Assembly (NCBI GenBank): GCA_913030785.1
Contig: CAJWER010000003.1
Coordinates: 1 to 34,145 of the forward strand
Direction: 5' to 3'
From: an uncultured Chloroflexota bacterium
Lineage (GTDB): Bacteria; Chloroflexota; Dehalococcoidia; Lucifugimonadales; CAJWER01
Length of the DNA: 34,145 bases
Both the position numbers and the translations under genes were made by a program. The notes under the pieces are model-generated. The model saw nothing but the letters and a program-made list of their open reading frames with translations, ran no database searches and was not told the origin of the DNA. Below are positions 19,248-28,119 of this stretch, one piece after another (position 1 is the first letter of the stretch; each line of letters begins with the position of its first letter).

Positions 19248-19264
19248 CCTCGGCCAGCGCCGGT

Positions 19265-19915
19265 ATGCGCCTGCTGCCCGTATTGGTTATTGTCGCCTCG
19301 CTGTTTGCTTTGGTCGCCGCTGCCTGCTCCAGTGATGAGCCGCTGCAAGGCACGGTGCTGGATGGCGACGAGGCTCCTCCCTTTAAGCTCCGGAACCATC
19401 TCGATGTGCCGAAGTCACTTGATGACTACACCGCCGACGTCGTTCTGGTGAGCTTCCTCTACACCTACTGCCCTGATCTGTGCCCGGCAATAACGGGCCA
19501 CCTGCGCACTGCCCACGAGTTGCTCCTTGACGATGCGACGCGGGTGGACTTCGTCGTCATCAGTGTCGATCCCGAGAGGGACACCGTAGAACGAGCCCAT
19601 GAGTATTCTGAGCAGTGGAGCATGCTCGACAGGTGGGACTTCCTCGTGGGCGAGGCGGATGTGCTGGCACCAATCTGGGCGAACTACTTCCTGGACCCCC
19701 AGCAGTTCGAATGGACTCGGACAGAGCCTGCAGCTCCGGCAGGGCAGTCTGAGGCTAGCGCTGACTCGCTCAGACGCCAGATCGCTACGCAATACGAGGT
19801 TGGTCACCAGGCGCCCGTCTACCTGCTGGATAAGCAGCATCGCATGCGAGTCCTGTTCACATCGCCGCTGAACCCGCGCGAAATCGTCCACGACATCCAA
19901 GCACTGCTGGACTAG
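19265..19915 (+). CDS. SCO/SenC family copper chaperone, lipoprotein
   Basis: ATG at 19265, lipobox AAAC, FLYTYCPDLCP (CxxxC), ISVDPERDT, conserved His in YEVGH. Confidence 0.93.
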   Translation: MRLLPVLVIVASLFALVAAACSSDEPLQGTVLDGDEAPPFKLRNHLDVPKSLDDYTADVVLVSFLYTYCPDLCPAITGHLRTAHELLLDDATRVDFVVISVDPERDTVERAHEYSEQWSMLDRWDFLVGEADVLAPIWANYFLDPQQFEWTRTEPAAPAGQSEASADSLRRQIATQYEVGHQAPVYLLDKQHRMRVLFTSPLNPREIVHDIQALLD

Positions 19916-20068
19916 CGCTACGACGCTGCGGCGCTGCGCGCGCTTAGGGGGGCGGGGCTGGTGCTTACGTGATCTGGGCTCGTGTCGCGTGTTGTGATTC
20001 CAATGAACTTTTTCACGATTCAGATATCTGACGGGACGGCGCTGGACGTGAATCGAAGTGAGGTGATG

Positions 20069-20710
20069 ATGACCGACCTGAGCACCACGTTGTTGCTGGT
20101 TCGGCACGGCCAGGCGAGGGCTGAGGATGGGTCATACGGGCCAGATACGCCGCTTAGTGAGCTGGGTGTGCGCCAATCAGAGGCGCTGGCGGACGCGTTG
20201 GCGGGGGATGCCGCCCTCACACATGTCTATGCAAGTCCACTTCCTCGTGCTGCGCAGACCGCAGGGCCGCTATGCGAGAGGCTTGGACTAGTTGCGCGGC
20301 TCGATGAGCGCCTGGCCGAGTTCGAGTTTGGAGTGACCACAGTGTCGGCGATGGGGCAGAGACCGGATCTGCTTTTTTGGCGTCCCGAGCAATCGGGAAC
20401 CGATGGGGGAGAGACACTCGGGGCGTTCGCCATCCGGGTAGCGGACTTCCTCGACGAGGTGGTCTCGCGGCACGCCGGAGAGTGCGTGGCAGTCGTTTCT
20501 CATGCCGGTGTAATCGACGCGAGTCTCAGGTGGGCTGTTGGCCTCGGCCCCGATACGTTATGGCAGCACGAGTTCGAGATAGACAATTGTTCCATTGCCG
20601 AGTTGCAGGTGTGGAATGGGGGCCGTATCAGCGGAGGTTCGCCACGCTATGTATCCGTGCGCCGTGTGGGCGACGTAGCGCACCTGGGTGAACTGGTCAG
20701 CGGGGTGTAG
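20069..20710 (+). CDS. Histidine phosphatase (phosphoglycerate mutase family)
   Basis: LVRHG, SPLPRAAQTA, GGET, VVSHAG; probable ATG at 20066/20069 after GAGGTG. Confidence 0.9.
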   Translation: MTDLSTTLLLVRHGQARAEDGSYGPDTPLSELGVRQSEALADALAGDAALTHVYASPLPRAAQTAGPLCERLGLVARLDERLAEFEFGVTTVSAMGQRPDLLFWRPEQSGTDGGETLGAFAIRVADFLDEVVSRHAGECVAVVSHAGVIDASLRWAVGLGPDTLWQHEFEIDNCSIAELQVWNGGRISGGSPRYVSVRRVGDVAHLGELVSGV

Positions 20711-20740
20711 CCCCCACTGGCCAGAAACGCGATGCACTTA

Positions 20741-20760
20741 TCCTAGTCAGTCGACTAGGA
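20741..20760. terminator. Hairpin between convergent genes
   Basis: TCCTAGTC-agtc-GACTAGGA 8-bp stem; no U tract. Confidence 0.3.
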
Positions 20761-20973
20761 TGGAGAAATCCCATCTGAGTCGGATGGGTAGAAGCCGCAT
20801 TGCATGCACTGCACGTAGGTTTCTTCCATGTCCGAGGCTGAGACGAGGTCGCCCCCGCAACGAGGGCAGCCCTTGAGCCAGAACGCCGCAGTTTCCCTGA
20901 TGACCGGTACGCGGGATACAAGCGTCTCTTTGGCTAGCTCTGTGTCGATTCCGATGGTTGCTGTCTCATTCAT
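20755..20973 (-). CDS. Small Cys4 zinc-ribbon protein (72 aa)
   Basis: MNETAT...FWLKGCPRCGGDL...YVQCMQCGF; the longer ORF-track version overlaps the next gene and its promoter. Confidence 0.7.
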   Translation of the reverse strand: MNETATIGIDTELAKETLVSRVPVIRETAAFWLKGCPRCGGDLVSASDMEETYVQCMQCGFYPSDSDGISPS

Positions 20974-21115
20974 GATGCGATCATATTGCACCCATGCTCG
21001 CCGGTTCGCATCACCCAATAGGGCGATTGTGAGGGGTGAGGATAGGGCTAGCCCTCCACGACGACACCTACTCTCCCGCCATTCAGCCCAGCCCTTTGGG
21101 TGAGCGCAGCACCCA

Positions 21116-21182
21116 TTGACAGCGAATTGGGCCGTCGGTATCGTTGTTTTGCTCACGAGGAGCGACTCGAAAACCTCGTGAG
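21116..21182 (+). promoter_or_regulatory. Sigma70 promoter followed by a 5' leader hairpin
   Basis: TTGACA-17 nt-TATCGT; CTCACGAGG/CCTCGTGAG 9-bp stem at 21152-21182. Confidence 0.55.
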
Positions 21183-21217
21183 ACAAACCGGCGCGGATGC
21201 CGGCCCTGAGGAATCCT

Positions 21218-23008
21218 ATGTCACGCACCTCTACCTTTGTCCTGTCAGCTACCGTGGACTTCCCCGATGACGTCGGATATGGCACTTACACACCCGAGCT
21301 GCTCAACCAGATGATGGCGCAACTCAAGGAGCTTGGCGTGACTCGGGTCTACTGGCTCTATTACGGTGACGTGGACCAGGACTCGTACGGGGCTGGGAAC
21401 CTGATCGACCACTCGATTTTTCCGTACGGCACGCAGACGCTCGCTAATATCGGTGAACCACTAAAGGCCGCCGTGCCGTTCGCCCATGCCCACGGCCTGG
21501 AGATTTACGGAGTACTCAAGCCCTATAACGGCGGTATCGCAGGCACATATCCCGAGGGCGCCAAGGAAAGCAGCGCATCGACTGTGACGCGAATAGGCGG
21601 CTCTCTATGGCAGGCGATCCCATTCGTGGAGCGGCACCCTGACACGCGAGTGCGCCGACGACCGCTGGCTGCCCCGCCTGACCTGGAGTCGACGGCGATC
21701 CGCAAGATACGGCTTCTCAAGCGTGACGACTCGCCGACCAGGGTACGAGGAGAGGACATCCAGATATGGACCAGCGAGAGCAATTTCAGATATCAGCGCA
21801 AACTGATCGATTTCAGCGTGACGGAGGCTGTGGAGCCCGCGCCTCGTGACGTGAGGGACTACTACGGCGACCTGGTCACGGCGAAAGGCGCGCCGGTGCG
21901 CACCCTTACCATCGAGGGACTGGACCTATCGGAGAGGTACGTCGCGGTCACAACGGGCCTGAAGGGCCAGGGCGATTTCGTCAACACTGCCGTGGGGATG
22001 GTGGAAGCCTACGGTCCTGGGCCAGAGCCGCTGCCGGTGGTCGTGGCAACCCGAGGAGCGATATGGGGCAGGCCCCGCGACTTTCGGGAGTACGGCCTCG
22101 ATTTCGACTGCGGACTGGGGACGCACCCGATGCCCTTCGACGACCAGAACGACGCGGGGGATGATAGCAGTCGATGGAGCTCGATGTTGACCGGGGGGCT
22201 GATAGCCTTCGCCCGTGGGAAGAATGAGTACCTGGCGTGCACCCCTTGCGAGGCCTACCCGGAAGTCAGGCGCCTGTGGTCCGGATGGGTTCAGAGCTTA
22301 ATAGACGCGGGCGTGGATGGTATCGACGTTCGAATCTCGGCCCATGGGAGCCTGACGGACGAGTCCGCCGAGTACGGGTACAATCCACCTATTGTCGAGG
22401 AGTTTACGGAGCGGTATGGCGTTGGGCCCACGGGTAGTGCCACAGACCTGGCGAGGCTGGCGGAGTTGCGCGGCGATCACTTCACTTCGTTCATCCGGGA
22501 GACGAGCGAGGCGATACGTGGTGCTGGAGGCAAGATGCAGATCCACGTTCACACCGAGGCTTTCGGCCCCGATCCTTGCCACGGGCAGATGATGGGTTTC
22601 CCTGACAACATCCGCTTTGACTGGAAATCGTGGGTAGAGGACGGACTGCTCGACGGGGTTACATATAGAATGAGTTGGTTCGAGGGCCTTGAAGACCCGC
22701 CTGAGAGCCCCCCGGAGCGGAGCCGTCTAGTCAACGCGCTGGCCGAACCCTACGCGGCGGAGTCTCTGGACGCTCTGGTGGACGCAGGGGTTCCTGCATA
22801 CCTGAATCGCTATATAGACCGGTCCGTGGGAGTCGAGGAGTACCTATCAGATCTGGAGCAGGTCTACGGCGACGAGCGGTTTAGCGGATTCGATCTGTAC
22901 GAGTTCTCGCTAATGGCACAGGCTGCGCCTGATGGAACTGCGCTGAACTCCTACAAGGGGCGCATGGAGATGATCCGTGACAAGGCAAGCGAGTTGGGGC
23001 TGGTGTAG
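21218..23008 (+). CDS. Uncharacterised glycoside hydrolase-like TIM-barrel protein (GHL10/DUF187-like)
   Basis: ELGVTRVYW, AHAHGLEIYG, YPEVR...GVDGIDVR, YGYNPPIVEEF...YG and FTSFIRE patterns; ATG at 21218 after GAGGA; no signal peptide. Confidence 0.6.
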   Translation: MSRTSTFVLSATVDFPDDVGYGTYTPELLNQMMAQLKELGVTRVYWLYYGDVDQDSYGAGNLIDHSIFPYGTQTLANIGEPLKAAVPFAHAHGLEIYGVLKPYNGGIAGTYPEGAKESSASTVTRIGGSLWQAIPFVERHPDTRVRRRPLAAPPDLESTAIRKIRLLKRDDSPTRVRGEDIQIWTSESNFRYQRKLIDFSVTEAVEPAPRDVRDYYGDLVTAKGAPVRTLTIEGLDLSERYVAVTTGLKGQGDFVNTAVGMVEAYGPGPEPLPVVVATRGAIWGRPRDFREYGLDFDCGLGTHPMPFDDQNDAGDDSSRWSSMLTGGLIAFARGKNEYLACTPCEAYPEVRRLWSGWVQSLIDAGVDGIDVRISAHGSLTDESAEYGYNPPIVEEFTERYGVGPTGSATDLARLAELRGDHFTSFIRETSEAIRGAGGKMQIHVHTEAFGPDPCHGQMMGFPDNIRFDWKSWVEDGLLDGVTYRMSWFEGLEDPPESPPERSRLVNALAEPYAAESLDALVDAGVPAYLNRYIDRSVGVEEYLSDLEQVYGDERFSGFDLYEFSLMAQAAPDGTALNSYKGRMEMIRDKASELGLV

Positions 23009-23035
23009 GCGGCTCTCAGTCGCGTGTCCAATTCG

Positions 23036-23944
23036 CTATACCACCACTACGTCGTTCTCCAGCGTGCCGATGCCCTGAATCTCGATAGTCACGATATCAC
23101 CCTCTGCCAGAGTGAAGTCGGGCGGCGGCACGACGGGCGTGCCGGTGAGGACAGCGGTCATGTTGGGGATGGTGTTGTGACGGTGGAGCCAGTCCGACAG
23201 CTCTTCGCACGTCCGCGCCATCAGCGATGTTGATGTTTCCCCGCTGAATACCTCAGCCCCGTCCCTTGACACGATGCAGCGCACCGACAGGTCGTGGGGG
23301 TCACCGATGGCCTCTGGAGTAACGAAACAGGGGCCGATGGCGCAGGATCGGTCGTACACCTTGGCCTGGGGCAGGTACAGCGGATTCTCTCCCTCGATGG
23401 ACCGACTGCTCATATCGTTGCCTATGGTATATCCGACGATCTCGCCCTTGTACGTTACGAAGGCCAGCTCCGGCTCGGGGACGTTCCATGCCGAGTCCGG
23501 GCGTATGCCGACGGACTCAAATGGGCCGAGACATCGCTCGGAGGTGGCTTTCAGGAACAACTCCGGCCGTTTGGCCGCGTAGACTTTGGAGTAGACATCG
23601 GGTGTGTCGGACTCTCGTCTCCGCTCCATCTCACTGCTCTTGTACGTGACGCCGGCGGCCCAAACCTCTGGGGGATCGAAGGGCCGGTCTAGTAGGAACT
23701 CGCCGCTTCCGTTTCGGGAGTCCTCGATGACTTGGGCAAGGTTGTGGGTCTCGGCGCTCGTCCCCTCAAGGAGTCGACCTGTCAGAGCGTCGATGCCTAG
23801 GCCTGACAGCGAAGATACGCGTACGAGCTCCTCGACATCGATTATGTCATCGTCTGCCGATGTCAGGTCGTACAGTTGGCCGTCTCCATTCTCAACGGCC
23901 AGTCTTTGTGAGCCTGCGGTGTCGATCAGCCTGTAGAATTTCAT
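23036..23944 (-). CDS. Fumarylacetoacetate hydrolase family protein (2-keto-3-deoxy-pentonate dehydratase-like)
   Basis: EVWAAGVTY, RPELFLK, WNVPEPEL, GNDMSSRSIEGENPLYLPQAKVY; GGAG SD. Confidence 0.9.
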   Translation of the reverse strand: MKFYRLIDTAGSQRLAVENGDGQLYDLTSADDDIIDVEELVRVSSLSGLGIDALTGRLLEGTSAETHNLAQVIEDSRNGSGEFLLDRPFDPPEVWAAGVTYKSSEMERRRESDTPDVYSKVYAAKRPELFLKATSERCLGPFESVGIRPDSAWNVPEPELAFVTYKGEIVGYTIGNDMSSRSIEGENPLYLPQAKVYDRSCAIGPCFVTPEAIGDPHDLSVRCIVSRDGAEVFSGETSTSLMARTCEELSDWLHRHNTIPNMTAVLTGTPVVPPPDFTLAEGDIVTIEIQGIGTLENDVVVV

Positions 23945-24209
23945 GGGTTGCTCCGCCAGATGGATGTCGTATGGGACCGTGTCTTTCCTTATGTAAAGGA
24001 GACTGGGGATGATTGGCTGCCTACAGCGGTGTTGTCAGGCTCATCGCAGGATCCGCACGCTTTTCTCAACCATCATACCAGGGCATTTGCTTATTTTTGG
24101 GTCGCGAGCTTGCTCGGCCTGGGAATTTACCGCTACAAACTCCACCAGACTGGCGGCGAGTGTTCTTGGCAGGCAGGTGTGTCCGTGTTGATCGGCGCGT
24201 GCAGCGCCG

Positions 24210-24238
24210 TTGACATTGGGTTAGTTGGGGGCTATCAT
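24210..24238 (+). promoter_or_regulatory. Sigma70 promoter of pyrG
   Basis: TTGACA-17 nt-TATCAT, near consensus, giving a leader of about 190 nt. Confidence 0.75.
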
Positions 24239-24312
24239 CTTGCCAGTATTCAAGGGGTGCTAGGGTTGTGACTTCGGTCTATTTCGCCAACTGCGCCGAG
24301 GTTTTGAGTTAG

Positions 24313-24438
24313 ATGGCTGGTGCAGCCATCGTGTGTAAGCGCCTCCCCTTCTCGGACCATCCCCAAAAGCCCTGCAGCCCCCGACCCCTTTTCCGCCCTC
24401 TCGATACTTTGGCGTGTCACGCGGTGGTTGTTCTATGA
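24313..24438 (+). other. Putative C-rich leader uORF (41 aa) overlapping the pyrG start (ATGA)
   Basis: Manual translation MAGAAIVCKRLPFSDHPQKPCSPRPLFRPLDTLACHAVVVL*; its TGA overlaps the pyrG ATG. Confidence 0.4.
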
Positions 24439-26090
24439 CAAAGTTCATCTTCGTGACCGGGGGCGTGGTTAGCTCCGTTGGCAAGGGGATCACTGTCGCC
24501 TCGATCGGTCGCCTGCTGAAGAGCCGCGGGATATCGCTGTCGGTCCTCAAACTCGACCCCTACCTGAACGTGGACCCGGGAACGATGTCCCCCTACCAGC
24601 ACGGCGAGGTTTTCGTGACGACGGACGGAAGCGAGACCGACCTGGACCTGGGCCACTATGAGCGGTTCATCGATATCGACCTGACACGGTCATCCAACGT
24701 CACAGCCGGCCAGATATACAGCGATGTTATAGCACGAGAGCGCCGTGGCGAGTATCTCGGAGGCACGATCCAGTCGGTGCCCCACGTTACGGACGCCATC
24801 AAACAGCGTATCCGCGGGCTCGCGACGGAAAGTGAGGCGGAGGTCATAGTCGTTGAGGTCGGGGGCACAGTCGGCGACATCGAGGGCCTGCCATTCCTCG
24901 AGGCCATCCGGCAAATGCGAAATGAAGTGGGGAGAGATAACGTTTTCTATGTCCACGTTACTTATCTTCCGTTCATATCTGCCACCGGGGAGCTCAAGAC
25001 TAAGCCGACACAGCACAGCGTACGGGAGTTGCGGGGAATAGGGATCCAGCCGGACTCCATCGTGTGCCGCAGCGACGAAGTCATCGACGATGGCATCAAG
25101 GATAAGATCGCCGTTCACTGCGATGTGTCCAGGAGAGGCGTGATCGGTATGCCGACCGTCTCGACCGTGTATGAGGTGCCCTTGTTGTTGGAAGAGGAGG
25201 GCCTCGGCGAGTTGATCGTGGAGAGTCTCGATCTGCCCACTACGCCGAAGGACCTGACCTGGTGGCGCGAGATGGTCGAGCGTGTCCAGAAACCGAAGAG
25301 AGTGCTATCGATCGCCATTGTCGGCAAGTACGTCGATCTGCAGGACTCATATCTGTCGGTCAAGGAGGCGCTCCATCATGCCGGGCTCGCTCATGGCTGC
25401 GAGGTGAACCTGAGTTGGGTAGCGGCCGAGGACGTGACCGAAAACGGGCCCGACGAGTACTTGAGCTCGGTGAGTGGCATAGTTGTACCTGGCGGATTTG
25501 GCGCTCGAGGTATCGAGGGCATGATAGACACGGTTCGGTATGCCAGAGCCAACGAGGTGCCATACCTCGGCCTCTGTCTCGGCATGCAGGTGATGGTGGT
25601 GGAGGCAGCCCGTACGATGTTGGGTCTGCCGGAGGCCAATTCCACGGAGTTTGACCCCGATACGCCGGATCCAGTCATAGACCTGATGCCGGACCAACGA
25701 GACATAACAGAGATGGGCGGCACGATGCGGTTGGGCGTGTACCCTTGCCGGGTAGAGGATGATAGCTTGGCGCAGCGCGCCTACGGTGAATCCCTGGTTC
25801 ACGAGCGCCATCGCCATAGGTATGAGGTTAATAATAGCTATCGCGAAGCCTTCGAGTCAGCAGGGATGTGGCCAACCGGGCTTTCGCCGGATGGCAGGCT
25901 GGTAGAGATCATGGAGTGGTCGGACCACCCGTTCATGGTGGGGGTACAGTTTCACCCAGAATTTCTGTCCAGGCCGGATAAGCCACACCCTCTGTTCCGC
26001 GAGTTCATAGGGGCTACCATCGGAACCCTGCGAGAGGGCGGCCAGCACGCATTGCCACTTGACGCGCCGAAATCAGCGCAAAAGGTATAG
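24435..26090 (+). CDS. pyrG: CTP synthase
   Basis: MTKFIFVTGGVVSSVGKG, KTKPTQHSV, GLCLGMQ, RHRHRYE, QFHPEF. Confidence 0.98.
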   Translation: MTKFIFVTGGVVSSVGKGITVASIGRLLKSRGISLSVLKLDPYLNVDPGTMSPYQHGEVFVTTDGSETDLDLGHYERFIDIDLTRSSNVTAGQIYSDVIARERRGEYLGGTIQSVPHVTDAIKQRIRGLATESEAEVIVVEVGGTVGDIEGLPFLEAIRQMRNEVGRDNVFYVHVTYLPFISATGELKTKPTQHSVRELRGIGIQPDSIVCRSDEVIDDGIKDKIAVHCDVSRRGVIGMPTVSTVYEVPLLLEEEGLGELIVESLDLPTTPKDLTWWREMVERVQKPKRVLSIAIVGKYVDLQDSYLSVKEALHHAGLAHGCEVNLSWVAAEDVTENGPDEYLSSVSGIVVPGGFGARGIEGMIDTVRYARANEVPYLGLCLGMQVMVVEAARTMLGLPEANSTEFDPDTPDPVIDLMPDQRDITEMGGTMRLGVYPCRVEDDSLAQRAYGESLVHERHRHRYEVNNSYREAFESAGMWPTGLSPDGRLVEIMEWSDHPFMVGVQFHPEFLSRPDKPHPLFREFIGATIGTLREGGQHALPLDAPKSAQKV

Positions 26091-26108
26091 ACTTGCGTTT
26101 CGGCGTTG

Positions 26109-26117
26109 TGCTATGCT
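26109..26117 (+). promoter_or_regulatory. Possible extended -10 promoter for the rho leader
   Basis: TGC-TATGCT just after the pyrG stop, followed by a C-rich, G-poor tract. Confidence 0.35.
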
Positions 26118-26569
26118 CATGATGTTCACCTCGCCCATCTTCCCTTTACGGTTGATACCCGGAGCGCATCGCTTAGCATCCAAGTCGGGCCTCCGGCACC
26201 CACCTAACATGTTAGGACGGCGTTCGCCCACGACCCCTTAATGTCAAAAGTCGTGAATGGGCCCTCCAGATAAGCACAGCTGATGACAATTCTGCAATTC
26301 CATGCGAAAGCCCCCAAGATCGTTCGATGATACTTGTCGCGGCGAGTGCGGGTTGGGCAGAGGGATTGTGGCGATGCCACCGCAGAATCTCGCGTGATAG
26401 CGTCCCAAAAGAGTCCCCAGGCACGGGGAGCACGTGTTCCTTCGCTGGGTACAGGGTTTCACAGCCTCCCGATCAGACTAGATTTTGGAGTATAAGATGA
26501 ACAGTAGCAATATGAGGGTACAAGTATCGGCGCCATCATCTGCGCGTGGCCCAGGTAAAAGGAACTGAG

Positions 26570-27736
26570 ATGACTGAGAGCAACGGGCATGTGGTATCGA
26601 GAGGCATCCTTTCCAAGACCAATGACGGCTACGGATTCTTGAAATCCGATAAGTCGGATAGGACCTCGGACCCTAACAAACAGGGTTCCAACGGGGATGT
26701 CTATGTTTCCCAGTCCCAGATCCGGAGGTTCGGCCTCAGGTCCGGAGACCAGGTGGCAGGGCAGGTTCGACCTCCAAAAGATGGTGAGCGCTATTTCAGC
26801 CTGATTCGGGTCGAGACTATCAACGACATCGATCCGGACGCTGCCAGAACCCGTCCTCACTTCGAGGAGTTGGTCCCGATCTTCCCGGAGGAGCGCATTG
26901 TTCTCGAGACCGAGCCGGATGAGCTTTCGACACGGGTAATCGACATGATTTCGCCGATAGGCCTCGGCCAGCGCGGCTTGATTGTCTCTCCGCCCAAGGC
27001 GGGCAAGACGACCCTCCTCAAGCAGATAGCCCACGGAATCTCCAAGAACTCCCCCGATATTCACTTGATGGTAGCTCTGATAGGGGAGCGTCCAGAAGAG
27101 GTCACGGACATGAGCCGGTCTGTCGCTGGCGAGGTGTTCAGCTCGACCTTTGATGAGCCAGTGGAGGACCATTGCAGGGTGGCGGAGCTAGCGCTGGAGC
27201 GTGCGAAGAGGCTTGTTGAGGCGGGACGGGACGTTGTGGTGCTCCTCGACAGCCTGACTCGTCTGACTCGAGCATACAATCTGGCGGTGCCTACCAGCGG
27301 CAGGACCCTGTCCGGCGGCATCGATCCCGTTGCTTTGTATCCGCCGAAGCGCTTCTTCGGAGCGGCCCGTAACGCCGAGAATGGCGGGAGTCTGACGATC
27401 GTCGCCGCATGCCTGATAGATACCGGCAGCCGAATGGACGACGTTATCTACGAGGAGTTCAAGGGCACCGGCAACATGGAAGTGCACCTGGACCGCAAGC
27501 TTTCGGAGAAGCGGGTATTCCCTGCGATCGACATCCCCAGAAGCGGCACACGCCGTGAGGAACTGCTACTTGATGAGTACGAGCTCAAGCAGGTGTGGCT
27601 ACTGCGCCGTATGGTGAGCATGATCAGCACCGATTCAGTCCAGAGCGCCGAGGCTACGGCCAAGGTGATTGAGCGATTGAAGAAGACCAAAACCAACAAG
27701 GACTTCCTCGACAATCTTGGCAAGGACGCTGCGTAG
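26570..27736 (+). CDS. rho: Transcription termination factor Rho
   Basis: [47 protein letters not shown]; ATG at 26570 after AAAGGA. Confidence 0.97.
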   Translation: MTESNGHVVSRGILSKTNDGYGFLKSDKSDRTSDPNKQGSNGDVYVSQSQIRRFGLRSGDQVAGQVRPPKDGERYFSLIRVETINDIDPDAARTRPHFEELVPIFPEERIVLETEPDELSTRVIDMISPIGLGQRGLIVSPPKAGKTTLLKQIAHGISKNSPDIHLMVALIGERPEEVTDMSRSVAGEVFSSTFDEPVEDHCRVAELALERAKRLVEAGRDVVVLLDSLTRLTRAYNLAVPTSGRTLSGGIDPVALYPPKRFFGAARNAENGGSLTIVAACLIDTGSRMDDVIYEEFKGTGNMEVHLDRKLSEKRVFPAIDIPRSGTRREELLLDEYELKQVWLLRRMVSMISTDSVQSAEATAKVIERLKKTKTNKDFLDNLGKDAA

Positions 27737-27781
27737 CGGCTCCATCGGTGTCAACCCAAGAAATAAAGGCAAAAAACCTTA

Positions 27782-27946
27782 TTGACAACGTAGGATTAGC
27801 TAAGATATAGTTGCGCTTGATTTCACAGAGCAGCGTCCCGGTGTCATTGACGTACATGGAACGCCTTAGCTGCTGAGGCGGCTAGTGGTAATTTGTGCAA
27901 GTGGCCTCTGCCGCTACTTGACAACATATGGTGCATGGTGTACAAA
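27782..27946 (+). promoter_or_regulatory. Tandem sigma70 promoters upstream of the S-layer-like gene
   Basis: TTGACA-18 nt-TATAGT at 27782-27811 and TTGACA-17 nt-TACAAA at 27918-27946. Confidence 0.55.
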
Positions 27947-27954
27947 CTAAACGG

Positions 27955-28080
27955 CTCAATCGAAGGAGAGAGTGAGGCTTTAACGGCGCCGTTAAGCGCT
28001 GCGCTGAGGGCAGGGCCTCCGGCGCTTCCTGGGAGACAAGTTCGTCCCGGGATTTTCTTTGTTGTAAACGAAATCCCAGT
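27955..28080 (+). promoter_or_regulatory. Structured 5' UTR of unknown class
   Basis: 16-nt palindrome TTAACGGCGCCGTTAA at 27980-27995, GAGGC/GCCTC pair at 27974/28015, GGGATTT/AAATCCC pair at 28049/28071. Confidence 0.45.
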
Positions 28081-28119
28081 TCAAGTTGTAGTAAGCGGAA
28101 ACACTAAGGGGGTAGGCTT

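Noticed and set aside
23948-24271. 107-aa plus-strand ORF between the FAH gene and pyrG
   Set aside because: No SD or motif, and it overlaps the FAH upstream region and the pyrG promoter.
26240-26540. RNase P RNA, tmRNA or tRNA in the pyrG-rho gap
   Set aside because: No GAGGAAAGUCC signature, tRNA-like ends or cloverleaf seen; an Rfam scan would be needed to exclude other RNAs.
27955-28050. c-di-GMP-I riboswitch or T-box in the S-layer leader
   Set aside because: GCCTCCGG and AGAGA fragments resemble them, but the GGCAAA/GAAA/GACGCAAA core and the T-box sequence are missing.
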